IMG/VR virus record: IMGVR_UViG_3300011226_000001
Coordinates: 64,001 to 128,000 of that record
DNA: 64,000 nt
Strand: one strand, 5' to 3'
From: a virus
Lineage: Duplodnaviria; Caudoviricetes
Part shown: piece by piece, positions 30,007 to 38,938 of the stretch
Layout: every line of letters starts with the position of its first letter
Numbering within the stretch: the first letter of the stretch is position 1
The notes under the pieces: generated by a model
Told to the model about the DNA's origin: nothing
What the model saw: the letters and a program-made list of their open reading frames with translations, nothing else
Database searches by the model: none
Position numbers and translations under genes: made by a program

Positions 30007-30270
30007 CTACCTCAGTTGGGAATCTTTGGAGCCACGACGATTGTAACCGACGTGCGCTGAACCGTCATGACTTGCCTGACAGTTAATGCAGTACCGCGCG
30101 TTCGGCATAGCGAGCTTGCGCATCACAGGAATCTTTGCACCGCAGTCAGGGTTGATGCAGTAATCAGAGCCTGCACCTTGAAGTTCTGAACGAGCACGGT
30201 CAATCTCGTTCATTACGTTTGTTTCGATGGTATCGTTAACGCCATCATCTTTTACGAAGCCTACAGCCAT
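30007..30270 (-). CDS. ybiI: DksA/TraR C4 zinc-finger protein, YbiI-like
   Basis: MAVGFVKDDGVND...CINPDCGAKIP..R..AMP.A.YCINCQ...GYNRRGSKDSQLR matches the enterobacterial YbiI pattern. Confidence 0.85.
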   Translation of the reverse strand: MAVGFVKDDGVNDTIETNVMNEIDRARSELQGAGSDYCINPDCGAKIPVMRKLAMPNARYCINCQASHDGSAHVGYNRRGSKDSQLR

Positions 30271-30271
30271 T

Positions 30272-30928
30272 TTATTTCTTTTCCTCTCGTTCTTCATCTT
30301 CTGCGGTCAAGCGACACGACAGACACATATATTCATCGTCTACATCAGGGTCACGCTCTGCACCACACTCGGAGCATTTACCCTCTTCAATAAGATCGAG
30401 CTTACGGTCAATCTCGTCACAGGCAGCTTGCTCCTGCATCAGTTCATCGACACTTTCCGCAAGAGAAACTTCCTCATAGCGTCCGATAGTTGCACCGAGA
30501 CCTGAACGCAATTTGCAATACTGCGCTGCACCATACGTCACAAACACGTCAACGCGGTTGTTGTCTGCGTCACGCACTTCAAATTGCAGCGGTTGATTGT
30601 GTCGCTTTGAGTGCGCTTCGGTGTATGCAATACGAATCGCTTTCATGCGAGAAGCACAGGCACGAACGTGTTGTTGCAGTTCGCGTATATCAGGATTACC
30701 GCGAATAAGCATACCAAGACGTTCCCACTCCTCAAACTTGCGTGTCGTATTGACGTTCATGCTGTCACGTCTACGCATAGCACCGATAGCAGTCTGAAAG
30801 TATTTTAGGTCTTTCAGCGTTTCCATACCTTCGAGTTGCAGTTGCTCACACAAATCGCCGTGATACTGCGGGTCATCTTTGCGACGATAGTATTTCTTGC
30901 GGTGTGTATCAGTAAACATGCGAGGCAT
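30272..30928 (-). CDS. hypothetical protein with C-terminal Cys4 ribbon
   Basis: CSEC...CLSC. Confidence 0.7.
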   Translation of the reverse strand: MPRMFTDTHRKKYYRRKDDPQYHGDLCEQLQLEGMETLKDLKYFQTAIGAMRRRDSMNVNTTRKFEEWERLGMLIRGNPDIRELQQHVRACASRMKAIRIAYTEAHSKRHNQPLQFEVRDADNNRVDVFVTYGAAQYCKLRSGLGATIGRYEEVSLAESVDELMQEQAACDEIDRKLDLIEEGKCSECGAERDPDVDDEYMCLSCRLTAEDEEREEKK

Positions 30929-31284
30929 TAGTCGATACTCCATGTGTTAGTTTTAGGCGGCTTGCGTCCGAACTTCTTTTCATACCAGACTGCGTGTTTG
31001 CGTTCGATCTTATCGAAGTGCAAACTTCCAACAACACTGCTGTTATCTAGAGGACCCATCGCAGCAAGCAGGTAGCTCTCGTAGGACCACATGCGAATAT
31101 AGCAAACGCCACCAACGATACCGAAGATGATACCTGTCCAGAACCACATGTCTTCTACAGCAGGTGCTGAACGTCCGTGCATGATCAGAATGGCAATCAA
31201 CATCACGCCAGTAACTGCAAGGCGTCTGCGCCACACGATAAGCCCGTAGTAGAACGGGCTGTCATAGTAATAGTTTTTACGCAT
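30928..31284 (-). CDS. membrane protein (2 TM)
   Basis: start re-called at MRKNYY; two hydrophobic helices. Confidence 0.65.
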   Translation of the reverse strand: MRKNYYYDSPFYYGLIVWRRRLAVTGVMLIAILIMHGRSAPAVEDMWFWTGIIFGIVGGVCYIRMWSYESYLLAAMGPLDNSSVVGSLHFDKIERKHAVWYEKKFGRKPPKTNTWSID

Positions 31285-31300
31285 TATTTCATTTTCCCTG

Positions 31301-32710
31301 TTAGCACATACCGCTACCGAAACCACAACGACCATTACCACCAACATAACCGCAACGCTGGGAGGTGTATTCACAACTATCAGGATAGCCTCTAGGTTCT
31401 TCTTTCTTCGCCTTCTTCACTTTCTTCGCTTTTACCTTCTTGGCTTTCACTTCTGGTACAGGCTCTTTGCGTGACCAGTCGAAGTACAGGTTGCCGTCCA
31501 TGTGGAATACCATTTCGGTGTATTCTTCTTCGTCTTCGTTCGGTTCGTATGAAGACGCTTTCAGATATGCGAAGCTGTTACCGAGGTCGGCGCTGCGATG
31601 CGTGAAGCAAGACGGACAACCAGTAGTAAACGTATCGTCGAAGCCGGGCATAGTCTCGTCGAAAAGGTCATCGTAGTAGCTGCCGTCAAAGATAGAATCA
31701 AACAGCTTGATCAGCTCAGGCTTCTTCTTCAACTTCTTCTCAGCCTCCATAACGTCACGCTGTGAGCCGCGTGTAGCGTTGCGCCACTCTTCATGCGCCA
31801 TGCCATACTTACGCAGTTCTTTGCTCAACTTCTTGTTGTCGTAGTCAACACGGAACACAACGTCGATCCACGGGTTTGCTTTCATCAGTTCGTTCGCCTG
31901 ACGGAACTCCCATTCGATGTTGTCGATGTTCTGTTTGTTGATAACGAAGTTGATATGGAAACTCAGCTTGCGACCTAACTGGCGGCGGAAGCGCACAAGG
32001 TCATCAAGAGTCCACGTATAGTTGACGCCCATGATCTTGTTTGCTTTCTCACGGTCAAATGAGTGCAGACTGATATTCAGATGCGACAGTTTGCTTTCCA
32101 GCATCACGTCTGTATTCAGATCGAGGAACGTCATCGTCTGATTATGCTTTTCAAGGAACTGACCGTTAGAAGTCAGACCCACTTTGTGCATACCAGCTTC
32201 TGCACGAATACGGTCAATCGTTTCGAACAGATACTTCATGCGAAGCGTAGGTTCACCCCCAGAGATTGAGATGTGGTCGACACGATGGCCGTGCGTTTTG
32301 ATTGCAGCCATCAGATTGTCTTGCCACTCTTTCTGCGGCGCTTTGTTTTCCATTTCTTTCTCAGGGCAGAAAGCACAATCAGCGTTACAGGTCACAGGCA
32401 GGATAGCAGTGAAGTTGCGCAGTTCGTTAGGGATCTCACGCTCTTTCTTTTTCTTCTTGCCGTACTTACCTGCTTCCCACTTGTCGAGAAGTGCAGACTG
32501 ATCGTGTTTGATAAGTTTCAAACACTCGGCGGGGTACCATGAAACACGACCATGATGTTTGACGTGCAGTGCGTACTCGTCTTTTTCATCCTGACGACCA
32601 ACGACGATTGCTTCTTCACCTGCACCATCAAAATGCTTCATGGTCACAGGCAGAACGTTGGAGATACGAACAAGGTCGGTCAGGCGGAAAGTGTGCTTAA
32701 TCTTTTTCAT
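31301..32710 (-). CDS. radical SAM enzyme with N-terminal SH3-like domain and C-terminal Cys/Gly-rich tail
   Basis: CNADCAFC (CxxxCxxC), ISGGEPT, LTSNG, LNISLHS; first gene after an early promoter. Confidence 0.88.
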   Translation of the reverse strand: MKKIKHTFRLTDLVRISNVLPVTMKHFDGAGEEAIVVGRQDEKDEYALHVKHHGRVSWYPAECLKLIKHDQSALLDKWEAGKYGKKKKKEREIPNELRNFTAILPVTCNADCAFCPEKEMENKAPQKEWQDNLMAAIKTHGHRVDHISISGGEPTLRMKYLFETIDRIRAEAGMHKVGLTSNGQFLEKHNQTMTFLDLNTDVMLESKLSHLNISLHSFDREKANKIMGVNYTWTLDDLVRFRRQLGRKLSFHINFVINKQNIDNIEWEFRQANELMKANPWIDVVFRVDYDNKKLSKELRKYGMAHEEWRNATRGSQRDVMEAEKKLKKKPELIKLFDSIFDGSYYDDLFDETMPGFDDTFTTGCPSCFTHRSADLGNSFAYLKASSYEPNEDEEEYTEMVFHMDGNLYFDWSRKEPVPEVKAKKVKAKKVKKAKKEEPRGYPDSCEYTSQRCGYVGGNGRCGFGSGMC

Positions 32711-32759
32711 ATACATATCCTCATGTAAGTAGCTAAACGAGTGTCTAGCGTTCATCTCT

Positions 32760-32812
32760 ATTATAGCATAAATCGAGCCAGTCTTGAATGGCTGTTTCGT
32801 CCAGAAATATGC
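32760..32812 (-). promoter_or_regulatory. phage early promoter
   Basis: CTGGACGAAA box, core 30 nt upstream of TATAAT (TATGC-extended). Confidence 0.75.
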
Positions 32813-33355
32813 TTAGTTAGAGTCCAGAAGTCGAATATAGCGAGAAGGTACGTGGTCAGTTAAGATGACCCCGTTCTCTGCTCGGTAGAACTTGTACCCG
32901 TGAGTAATCATTGCCTGGGTGTCGATCTCAAATACAACAGGCACACCGTGACGTTGACCAACGCGTTTCGCTGTTTCAATATCGTTGCTGATATGGACGT
33001 GCTTGCGTTTGCGTTTCAGGATTCCTTCGTGCATGATTGAAGCAATATTCTTTTCAGCGGTGCCGTGATACAAAGACGAACAATCAGTCCACGGTGCAAG
33101 ATTGAGAATGACGTGTTCGACAGAATGACCTTGAACACAACGAATCTTGGACTTGTTCGAGTTAAACTCAAAACGACCTTTATCGTCCGCTTCTACTTCT
33201 TCGATCAGCATCTCTCTGGTCACTTGCTTTTTGTACTTCGCTTTCTGCAAGAAATCCAGAACAGACACCCAGCCTTGGGTGTCCATTGCGATGCCAATGT
33301 CCTGAGGTTTATGACGCAGAATATACGTCATGTATACGCCCAGTGACTTTGCCAT
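32813..33355 (-). CDS. kptA: Tpt1/KptA family NAD+-dependent RNA 2'-phosphotransferase
   Basis: YILRH.P, GWV, DKGRFE, IRCVQGHS, LYHGT, KRKHVHIS, GQRHG, FYRAENGVILTDHVP. Confidence 0.93.
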   Translation of the reverse strand: MAKSLGVYMTYILRHKPQDIGIAMDTQGWVSVLDFLQKAKYKKQVTREMLIEEVEADDKGRFEFNSNKSKIRCVQGHSVEHVILNLAPWTDCSSLYHGTAEKNIASIMHEGILKRKRKHVHISNDIETAKRVGQRHGVPVVFEIDTQAMITHGYKFYRAENGVILTDHVPSRYIRLLDSN

Positions 33356-33356
33356 G

Positions 33357-34409
33357 TTACTCTCCTTCTAAATGATCGTCGTTAGCTTGATACTCGAACT
33401 GCGGGTCGAACTGGCGCGTTTCGAAGTTGAAACCAAGTGATTTAGCAACGGCAACGAAGCACAACCACGCAGGTACATTAGACCAGCTCGTTTCACCTGC
33501 AGGAATCTCTGCGTCGTCTGCAACAGCGATAGCAGCCATACGCCAGTCATGCTCAGTCAAGCGACCGATAGTATCAACACAGGTCGGTGCTTTGTAATCA
33601 AGCACACCATCGAAGTGTGCCACCAGCTCCGCTTTTACGTGAGGGCTAAGACTTCGCAGGAACATAAAGATGCGATGCGTGTCGCTCACACAACCTAGCG
33701 GAATTGCTTTCTGGGCAGCTTTAACATTCGGGCTATACCACTCAGCCACCAGCACCCAGTTACTAAGCAACGTCATAGGCAGATCATCTTCTTTGACGTG
33801 CTCGGTGTTGCGATCATACCAGTTAGTAGATCCACCGTCTTCGTTTGATTCACAGAATGTCCAGCCTTCGCTGCTGTTAGGGAACAGACGGCCATAACGA
33901 ATCTGTTCATGCTCGTCGAGACACAGATACATACCGGCAATGTCAGGCGCTGTATCAGAACCTGCATGGGACAAATCAATATCGCGCAGACCGCAAACCC
34001 ACTGATTGAGTGCTTTGATCACATCACCGCGACTGCTATCACCACCAAGTATGTTTTTACGTCGCTCGTCTGCGAACTTGCGAGCGATCATAATCGGGCT
34101 ATTCAGTTCAGGCATGTTGTAATTGATGATACCCATTGCGTTCATCGCAAGGCCGAGCAGTTGAACGTTGGACAACGTTAAGTCATACTGCGCATTAGGT
34201 GCAGCAAGCGAAAGAATAGTGAACAGGTCAGAATGAGACAGTGCAGCAATGTCTTCGTCATGCAGCATGTTCGGAATAGATAGCTCTGCGCGATGGGCAT
34301 ACGCAATCGCGTTGATCGCATCAGCGATTTTACGCTGGTCATGCGAACTAAAGTTATCAAGCCAATCCAGAACATCTTCGTCAATCACTGATCCAGAAAT
34401 TGTGTTCAT
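33357..34409 (-). CDS. hypothetical protein
   Basis: 350 aa ORF. Confidence 0.75.
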   Translation of the reverse strand: MNTISGSVIDEDVLDWLDNFSSHDQRKIADAINAIAYAHRAELSIPNMLHDEDIAALSHSDLFTILSLAAPNAQYDLTLSNVQLLGLAMNAMGIINYNMPELNSPIMIARKFADERRKNILGGDSSRGDVIKALNQWVCGLRDIDLSHAGSDTAPDIAGMYLCLDEHEQIRYGRLFPNSSEGWTFCESNEDGGSTNWYDRNTEHVKEDDLPMTLLSNWVLVAEWYSPNVKAAQKAIPLGCVSDTHRIFMFLRSLSPHVKAELVAHFDGVLDYKAPTCVDTIGRLTEHDWRMAAIAVADDAEIPAGETSWSNVPAWLCFVAVAKSLGFNFETRQFDPQFEYQANDDHLEGE

Positions 34410-34705
34410 GCTATATCTCCAAGAAAAAGGATATCAGTTGCGGCGTCATGTATCTTGGCCGCAAACGTAAGTAAATCGTCAATGGCTTTCTTTACGTCCC
34501 TGTTCTCACACATTTGACGTGCTGCAAGGAGTGCCATCTCCGCCTGTGCTACGTCTACCACGATAGCGCGATACAACATCTCGCGCACAATCGCCTCGAC
34601 TTCGGGGAGGGCACCCAACATCTCTACTTGCATACTACGCAGAAACACTTTCCTGTCTAAAGAGGGCAATGCAGAAAACTCTTTGAGTTGTTGTTGGGTT
34701 ACCAT
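34406..34705 (-). CDS. hypothetical protein
   Basis: 99 aa ORF, GAGG SD. Confidence 0.65.
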   Translation of the reverse strand: MVTQQQLKEFSALPSLDRKVFLRSMQVEMLGALPEVEAIVREMLYRAIVVDVAQAEMALLAARQMCENRDVKKAIDDLLTFAAKIHDAATDILFLGDIA

Positions 34706-34714
34706 GATGTTGCC

Positions 34715-35158
34715 TCAGTGATGCTTCACGTAAATGAACAGGTACTGATCGTCGTACTCAAAATCAAGCACACGATACACTGACTGGTTGATACTTATCG
34801 CAGGTGCTTTCTTTGTTTTGAGTCCGAACGCGTTGTAGTTACCAACCAGCACATCATGAAAGATACGAGCAATAGGAAATTCTTCATCGACACGAAAGCG
34901 AAGCGCTGCTACGTTTTCTTTGTGAGGGAAGATATCCACATGCGAATGATTAGCCTGAAACGCAGTGTACTTTGCCTGTAGACATTCGATGCGCATACGC
35001 TCAGGCATACCGTTAGCGTATATGTCAGTCAGTGCGTCGTAGTCAAAAGGCTTGAACATCAGGCGCCTGTCTACCGCTGCTCGGAACCACGGGATTGTCG
35101 CATAACACGCAAGCAACGGCGTCAGACAGATCAGTATTGTCGGCCAGTAGATTGTCAT
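34715..35158 (-). CDS. hypothetical protein with N-terminal hydrophobic anchor
   Basis: start re-called at MTIYW (ATGA overlap). Confidence 0.6.
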   Translation of the reverse strand: MTIYWPTILICLTPLLACYATIPWFRAAVDRRLMFKPFDYDALTDIYANGMPERMRIECLQAKYTAFQANHSHVDIFPHKENVAALRFRVDEEFPIARIFHDVLVGNYNAFGLKTKKAPAISINQSVYRVLDFEYDDQYLFIYVKHH

Positions 35159-35595
35159 AGCGAACGCTCCTGTCTGTACATGGCACACTGCGTTGGGATT
35201 GTTTCGTCGTGGAACCAATAGAGACTTCCGTACGGCACTTCGGCATCAATACCAAATGGTTTGAATCCACCACGCTGTAGAAACTTTCTGAACTTAGGTG
35301 TCAGCACGTTTTCAATTTGGAGAATCCAGTCACGCTGCCGACACATTTCTTTAGTACGAGCGAGTAACTTCGAGAACTCGCCTTGGCCAGGATTAGTAAC
35401 ATCAATTGTTGCGAGAACAAGAACAGGTCGATTCCAGAGACATTGATACTGGGTGCGAAAACGCAAGTACATGCGAATGTTTTTCAACTCAGGGTGATGA
35501 TCTTGGACATGGTACGCAACGTTACCCCAGGCAGACGCAAGTGACTTGAGATACGCCCGTTCGAACTCACGGATCAGAATATCTATTTCGCTCAT
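35155..35595 (-). CDS. GNAT-like acetyltransferase
   Basis: LATIDV..PGQGEFSKLL...IENV....RKFLQRGGF resembles GNAT motifs A/B. Confidence 0.6.
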   Translation of the reverse strand: MSEIDILIREFERAYLKSLASAWGNVAYHVQDHHPELKNIRMYLRFRTQYQCLWNRPVLVLATIDVTNPGQGEFSKLLARTKEMCRQRDWILQIENVLTPKFRKFLQRGGFKPFGIDAEVPYGSLYWFHDETIPTQCAMYRQERSL

Positions 35596-35607
35596 TACTA
35601 TTTCCTC

Positions 35608-36147
35608 TTAGGCTACTTTCGGTTTATTGTCGTAAACAGCTTTGATTGCTTTACGCAGTTCTTCGTAACGCTCTTTACCTTCCATGAACAACACTTCTTC
35701 AAACATGCGGGACAGTTCTGCGCTGCGGTGTATCAAGTGTGTTTTCAACCAGACACGTTGCGCATTGATAGGGTCTAAGTCAGGCCCACCGCATTCTTCG
35801 TTGTACGCACGAACATGTTCCTCGCTCATGCTATCGACATGCGCACACAACAGGTCGTTGACTGCTTCTTCGTGTGAGTCATGCGCGAAGTCTTCTTCGT
35901 CTTGCGAGTCAATAGGACCGCCATTCATCTGACGCTCAATCTCATAGGCTGCTTTCGAACCAGTCATGCAGGAACCTTCGATTTCATTAACGCAGAAAAG
36001 CGGATAATGGCCACGCACGTCAAACGTTTTGCCTTTTGCACGGAAGCGCACAGCCATGCTACCGATGATTCGAACTTCTTCAACAGCACGAACGTCTTTC
36101 AGATTGGTCATCATCGCTTGGATGATATGAGTGATTTGATCTAACAT
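35608..36147 (-). CDS. hypothetical protein
   Basis: start re-called at MLDQIT (AAGGGG SD). Confidence 0.65.
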   Translation of the reverse strand: MLDQITHIIQAMMTNLKDVRAVEEVRIIGSMAVRFRAKGKTFDVRGHYPLFCVNEIEGSCMTGSKAAYEIERQMNGGPIDSQDEEDFAHDSHEEAVNDLLCAHVDSMSEEHVRAYNEECGGPDLDPINAQRVWLKTHLIHRSAELSRMFEEVLFMEGKERYEELRKAIKAVYDNKPKVA

Positions 36148-36202
36148 GATTTTCCCCTTAAATGTAGAATGGGACACCCACCTATGTGAGCATCCCTTGT
36201 TG

Positions 36203-36607
36203 TTATTCGTCGCGTTCAAGCAGATCGCCGTGAACTGCTTCATCGAAAGGCACGTACTGTTTGCACTCAGTGCCTTTAGGGTAGACGAACATTGTTGTAT
36301 CAGAACGATGTTCATACGTGTCAGGTTCAATGACACACAGCGCTTCGATTGCTGCGTTATCGACAGCACGGAAGATTGGAATCCACTCGTCTGTCTCATA
36401 CAGATACGTCCACTCAGTATCGGCCCAACCCTCAAGATCTGAGAGGTTAGCAATATGCGACTGCTGAATCACTTGCTCGGTCGCGGAGAGTGCAACGTAA
36501 CGAACTTTCTGCGGGGTGAAGCCTAAGAACGGGCTGTCACGCAGTTCGAGTTCATTCTCGATTTCTTTCAGCGTGTACACTCGGCCGCGTTGTGGATATT
36601 GTTTCAT
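36203..36607 (-). CDS. hypothetical early protein (cassette 4)
   Basis: 134 aa ORF after conserved spacer. Confidence 0.75.
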   Translation of the reverse strand: MKQYPQRGRVYTLKEIENELELRDSPFLGFTPQKVRYVALSATEQVIQQSHIANLSDLEGWADTEWTYLYETDEWIPIFRAVDNAAIEALCVIEPDTYEHRSDTTMFVYPKGTECKQYVPFDEAVHGDLLERDE

Positions 36608-36671
36608 GTTAAGCTCCTCAGCTTATGGGTTATGTTGACAGCAGGCTCTCGTAAGAACCTGCGAGCAACAA

Positions 36672-37025
36672 TCACCGTTTAGGCATACACGCTTCGACTG
36701 CACCAGCGATGCGCTGCAACGTTGAGAACGAATCTTTCTGGCGCTCAATCTGAATCACTGCATCACCGTGTATGATTTCGAAGTCTTCCACGATATCTTC
36801 ACGCAGAACTTCGGACGGCATCAGTATACGCACAGTGCTAATACCGAATGCGTTGTTGCCACCAGCGCGATAAGCAACGTCGATGTGACGACCTTTAATG
36901 TGATGACGAAACTCAAGATCACCGCGCGACACACAGAAAGAGATCGCGTTGCATACTTGCAAGAAAGCGTTATTGCTCAGGTCATCAAAAGCGCGGGCGT
37001 CGATAGGTAATTCAGTTGCTGGCAT
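36672..37025 (-). CDS. hypothetical early protein (cassette 3)
   Basis: 117 aa ORF. Confidence 0.75.
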   Translation of the reverse strand: MPATELPIDARAFDDLSNNAFLQVCNAISFCVSRGDLEFRHHIKGRHIDVAYRAGGNNAFGISTVRILMPSEVLREDIVEDFEIIHGDAVIQIERQKDSFSTLQRIAGAVEACMPKR

Positions 37026-37087
37026 GTTAAGCTCCTCAGCTTATGGTTTGATTTTCAAAGGGCACTCGTAAATGCCCTTCACAAATC

Positions 37088-37405
37088 TTAGCGGTGGTGC
37101 GCTACTTTCAGATACAGACAAGTAGAGGGGAAATGCTCAGTGCCATTCTCAACGGCGTCACGACAGCGAATGTGCTCATGCGTTTCATGACGAGCGATCA
37201 GCATGTTAAGCATCGACTGATCGAAGCGTGACATTGCACCCACGATGTTTGAGTCACCCATCAGACGCAGCGCTTTAACGTCGCTGAATGTTATGTCTCT
37301 GTTTTCGGCGAGACCCAGATACGCAGGAACAACGCCGTTACCGATAGAGACTTCCAGAGTAGTCATTTCTGGGAAGATGAAAGTCAGAGTAGTAGATGAT
37401 GACAT
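37088..37405 (-). CDS. hypothetical early protein (cassette 2)
   Basis: 105 aa ORF. Confidence 0.75.
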   Translation of the reverse strand: MSSSTTLTFIFPEMTTLEVSIGNGVVPAYLGLAENRDITFSDVKALRLMGDSNIVGAMSRFDQSMLNMLIARHETHEHIRCRDAVENGTEHFPSTCLYLKVAHHR

Positions 37406-37473
37406 GTTAAGCTCCTCAGCTTAGGTTGTTTGGATTTTCATAGAGCACTCAGCGAATGCTCTACACAAATCAC

Positions 37474-37905
37474 TTACAGTTCAGGCAACCAGTAGTTCAG
37501 GCGATCTACGAAAGTTTCGTACATGCGCGGGTTACCGTTTTCAACAGTGACATGCTCAAGCATTTCATCGTCAATATCAGAAACAACCAACGAATACGAA
37601 TTGGTCCAGTCGTCGTACATGTTGTCTTCATGTGGCACGGTCAGTATGATTTCCCAAACGCCCTTGTCAGTTGGTTCATCTGGGTCGCGATTAACATAAC
37701 CAATACGAACATGAATCAGGCGGTCACTGATATTTTCAGCAACATCGTTAGGCACGTCGCCACCGTCATATGCGTCCAGCGTAACTTCAATATCGTCACG
37801 GCCAAGTGCGGCGATAAGATTGTCACGCAGGTTTTCCATATGCGCAACAGTCAGGTTAGCAGTAAAGTCAGCAGGCGTTTTCAGATCAGCGATTGAAATA
37901 GTCAT
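37474..37905 (-). CDS. acidic hypothetical early protein (cassette 1)
   Basis: start re-called at MTISIA after SD hairpin. Confidence 0.75.
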   Translation of the reverse strand: MTISIADLKTPADFTANLTVAHMENLRDNLIAALGRDDIEVTLDAYDGGDVPNDVAENISDRLIHVRIGYVNRDPDEPTDKGVWEIILTVPHEDNMYDDWTNSYSLVVSDIDDEMLEHVTVENGNPRMYETFVDRLNYWLPEL

Positions 37906-37951
37906 AATAAGCTCCTCAGCTTGTGTTGTAATGAGCACTGCGCTCACGTTT

Positions 37952-38008
37952 ATTATAACATAGGTCAGTCTCTGAATGAAACGGCTATTTTAGCCAGTTA
38001 TTTGCAGA
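37952..38008 (-). promoter_or_regulatory. phage early promoter
   Basis: GCAAATAACTGGCTAAAAT box, core 31 nt upstream of TATAAT (TATGT-extended). Confidence 0.75.
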
Positions 38009-38315
38009 GTTCAGCAGATTGCAGGGCTTCTGTAGTCTCGTCTGTTTTGAGTACGCGCTCAATATACAGCGTAAATCTTTCAGGCTCGAAAGAAGACCAA
38101 ATAAGCAGATTAACGCAGTCGAACCACTGTAGGCTACCGCACGTCTTGTTGCAGACTTTGACCACATTTGTGGCATTGAGCTTGATAGGCACTTTCGTTT
38201 TAGTACGGCTATCAAGCAGAAACGCCTGCATATCACATTTAGGCAAGATAGGCAGATTCAGATTACCTTCCCTTGTGCTCAGTTCGATACAGGCCAGATA
38301 CTTTAGATTGTCCAT
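37998..38315 (-). CDS. hypothetical protein
   Basis: 105 aa ORF. Confidence 0.55.
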   Translation of the reverse strand: MDNLKYLACIELSTREGNLNLPILPKCDMQAFLLDSRTKTKVPIKLNATNVVKVCNKTCGSLQWFDCVNLLIWSSFEPERFTLYIERVLKTDETTEALQSAELCK

Positions 38316-38938
38316 TGATTATACCAGAGTGGTCGTTCGTGGAATAACATGGCCAATGCGATAACGAACGCGTGTCCGAATTTTGCATTGTCGTTTTGAA
38401 TGGCGGAAAGCCAAGGGTTACGCGATTCAGGATAGGCTTTCTGAATATCGTAGGTGTCATAGTCGCGTAAAACTATGTGAGCACCTTTCTTATATTCTTT
38501 CAACAGGCGCTTGAACTTCGGTTGCTGCACCACCAGCTTTGTGTACTCCGGCACATAGATTTGTTTTCGTGCGGGAATGTACGAAAGGCGCAAGTCGCCC
38601 CATCTGGAGAACAGAGCCTTTTGGCCTTTCCCCATAGGATAGCGATGCGCCTGTTTTGTTGTGCTGCCTTTTAAGTGCCACTTCCACCAGTCGGCAGATA
38701 TCTCACCGTGGAACAGGTCATTCGAATTGACGAGATGTTCTTCGTAGACCTTGCTGTACTGCCAGAGGTTTTCCATGTTGAGGAACATCGTACCGTCAGG
38801 TGTACGACATGGCCCTAAATGAAAGGGACTCAGCGAGCCCCATTCTTCGTCTTTCGACACGGGCGTTATATCTAAGTCACATGACTTTGGTTGTTTGTCC
38901 TTTAATGACAACACCGTTACAATCCCGAGGCGTTTCAT
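38303..38938 (-). CDS. DUF6939/NADAR-like protein
   Basis: WGSLSPF, NMENLWQYSKV, ARKQIYVPEY, FGHA motifs. Confidence 0.6.
   Translation of the reverse strand: MKRLGIVTVLSLKDKQPKSCDLDITPVSKDEEWGSLSPFHLGPCRTPDGTMFLNMENLWQYSKVYEEHLVNSNDLFHGEISADWWKWHLKGSTTKQAHRYPMGKGQKALFSRWGDLRLSYIPARKQIYVPEYTKLVVQQPKFKRLLKEYKKGAHIVLRDYDTYDIQKAYPESRNPWLSAIQNDNAKFGHAFVIALAMLFHERPLWYNQWTI

Larger units (their letters stand above)
36605..37925 (-). repeat. four repeated intergenic units containing AAGCTGAGGAGCTTA, with an upstream stem-loop
   Basis: copies at 36610-36625, 37028-37043, 37408-37423, 37909-37922. Confidence 0.9.

Noticed and set aside
31285-31374. Hydrophobic N-terminal extension of ORF 30928..31374 overlapping the radical SAM tail
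   Set aside because: Alternative-frame read of the Gly/Cys codons; the downstream ATG at 31284 gives a non-overlapping gene with an SD-like sequence
36605-37925. Repeats spaced ~400-500 bp considered as a CRISPR array or integron attC sites
   Set aside because: The spacers are whole genes, the repeats contain the RBS, there are no GTTRRRY core sites and no integrase in the window; kept as a cassette array instead
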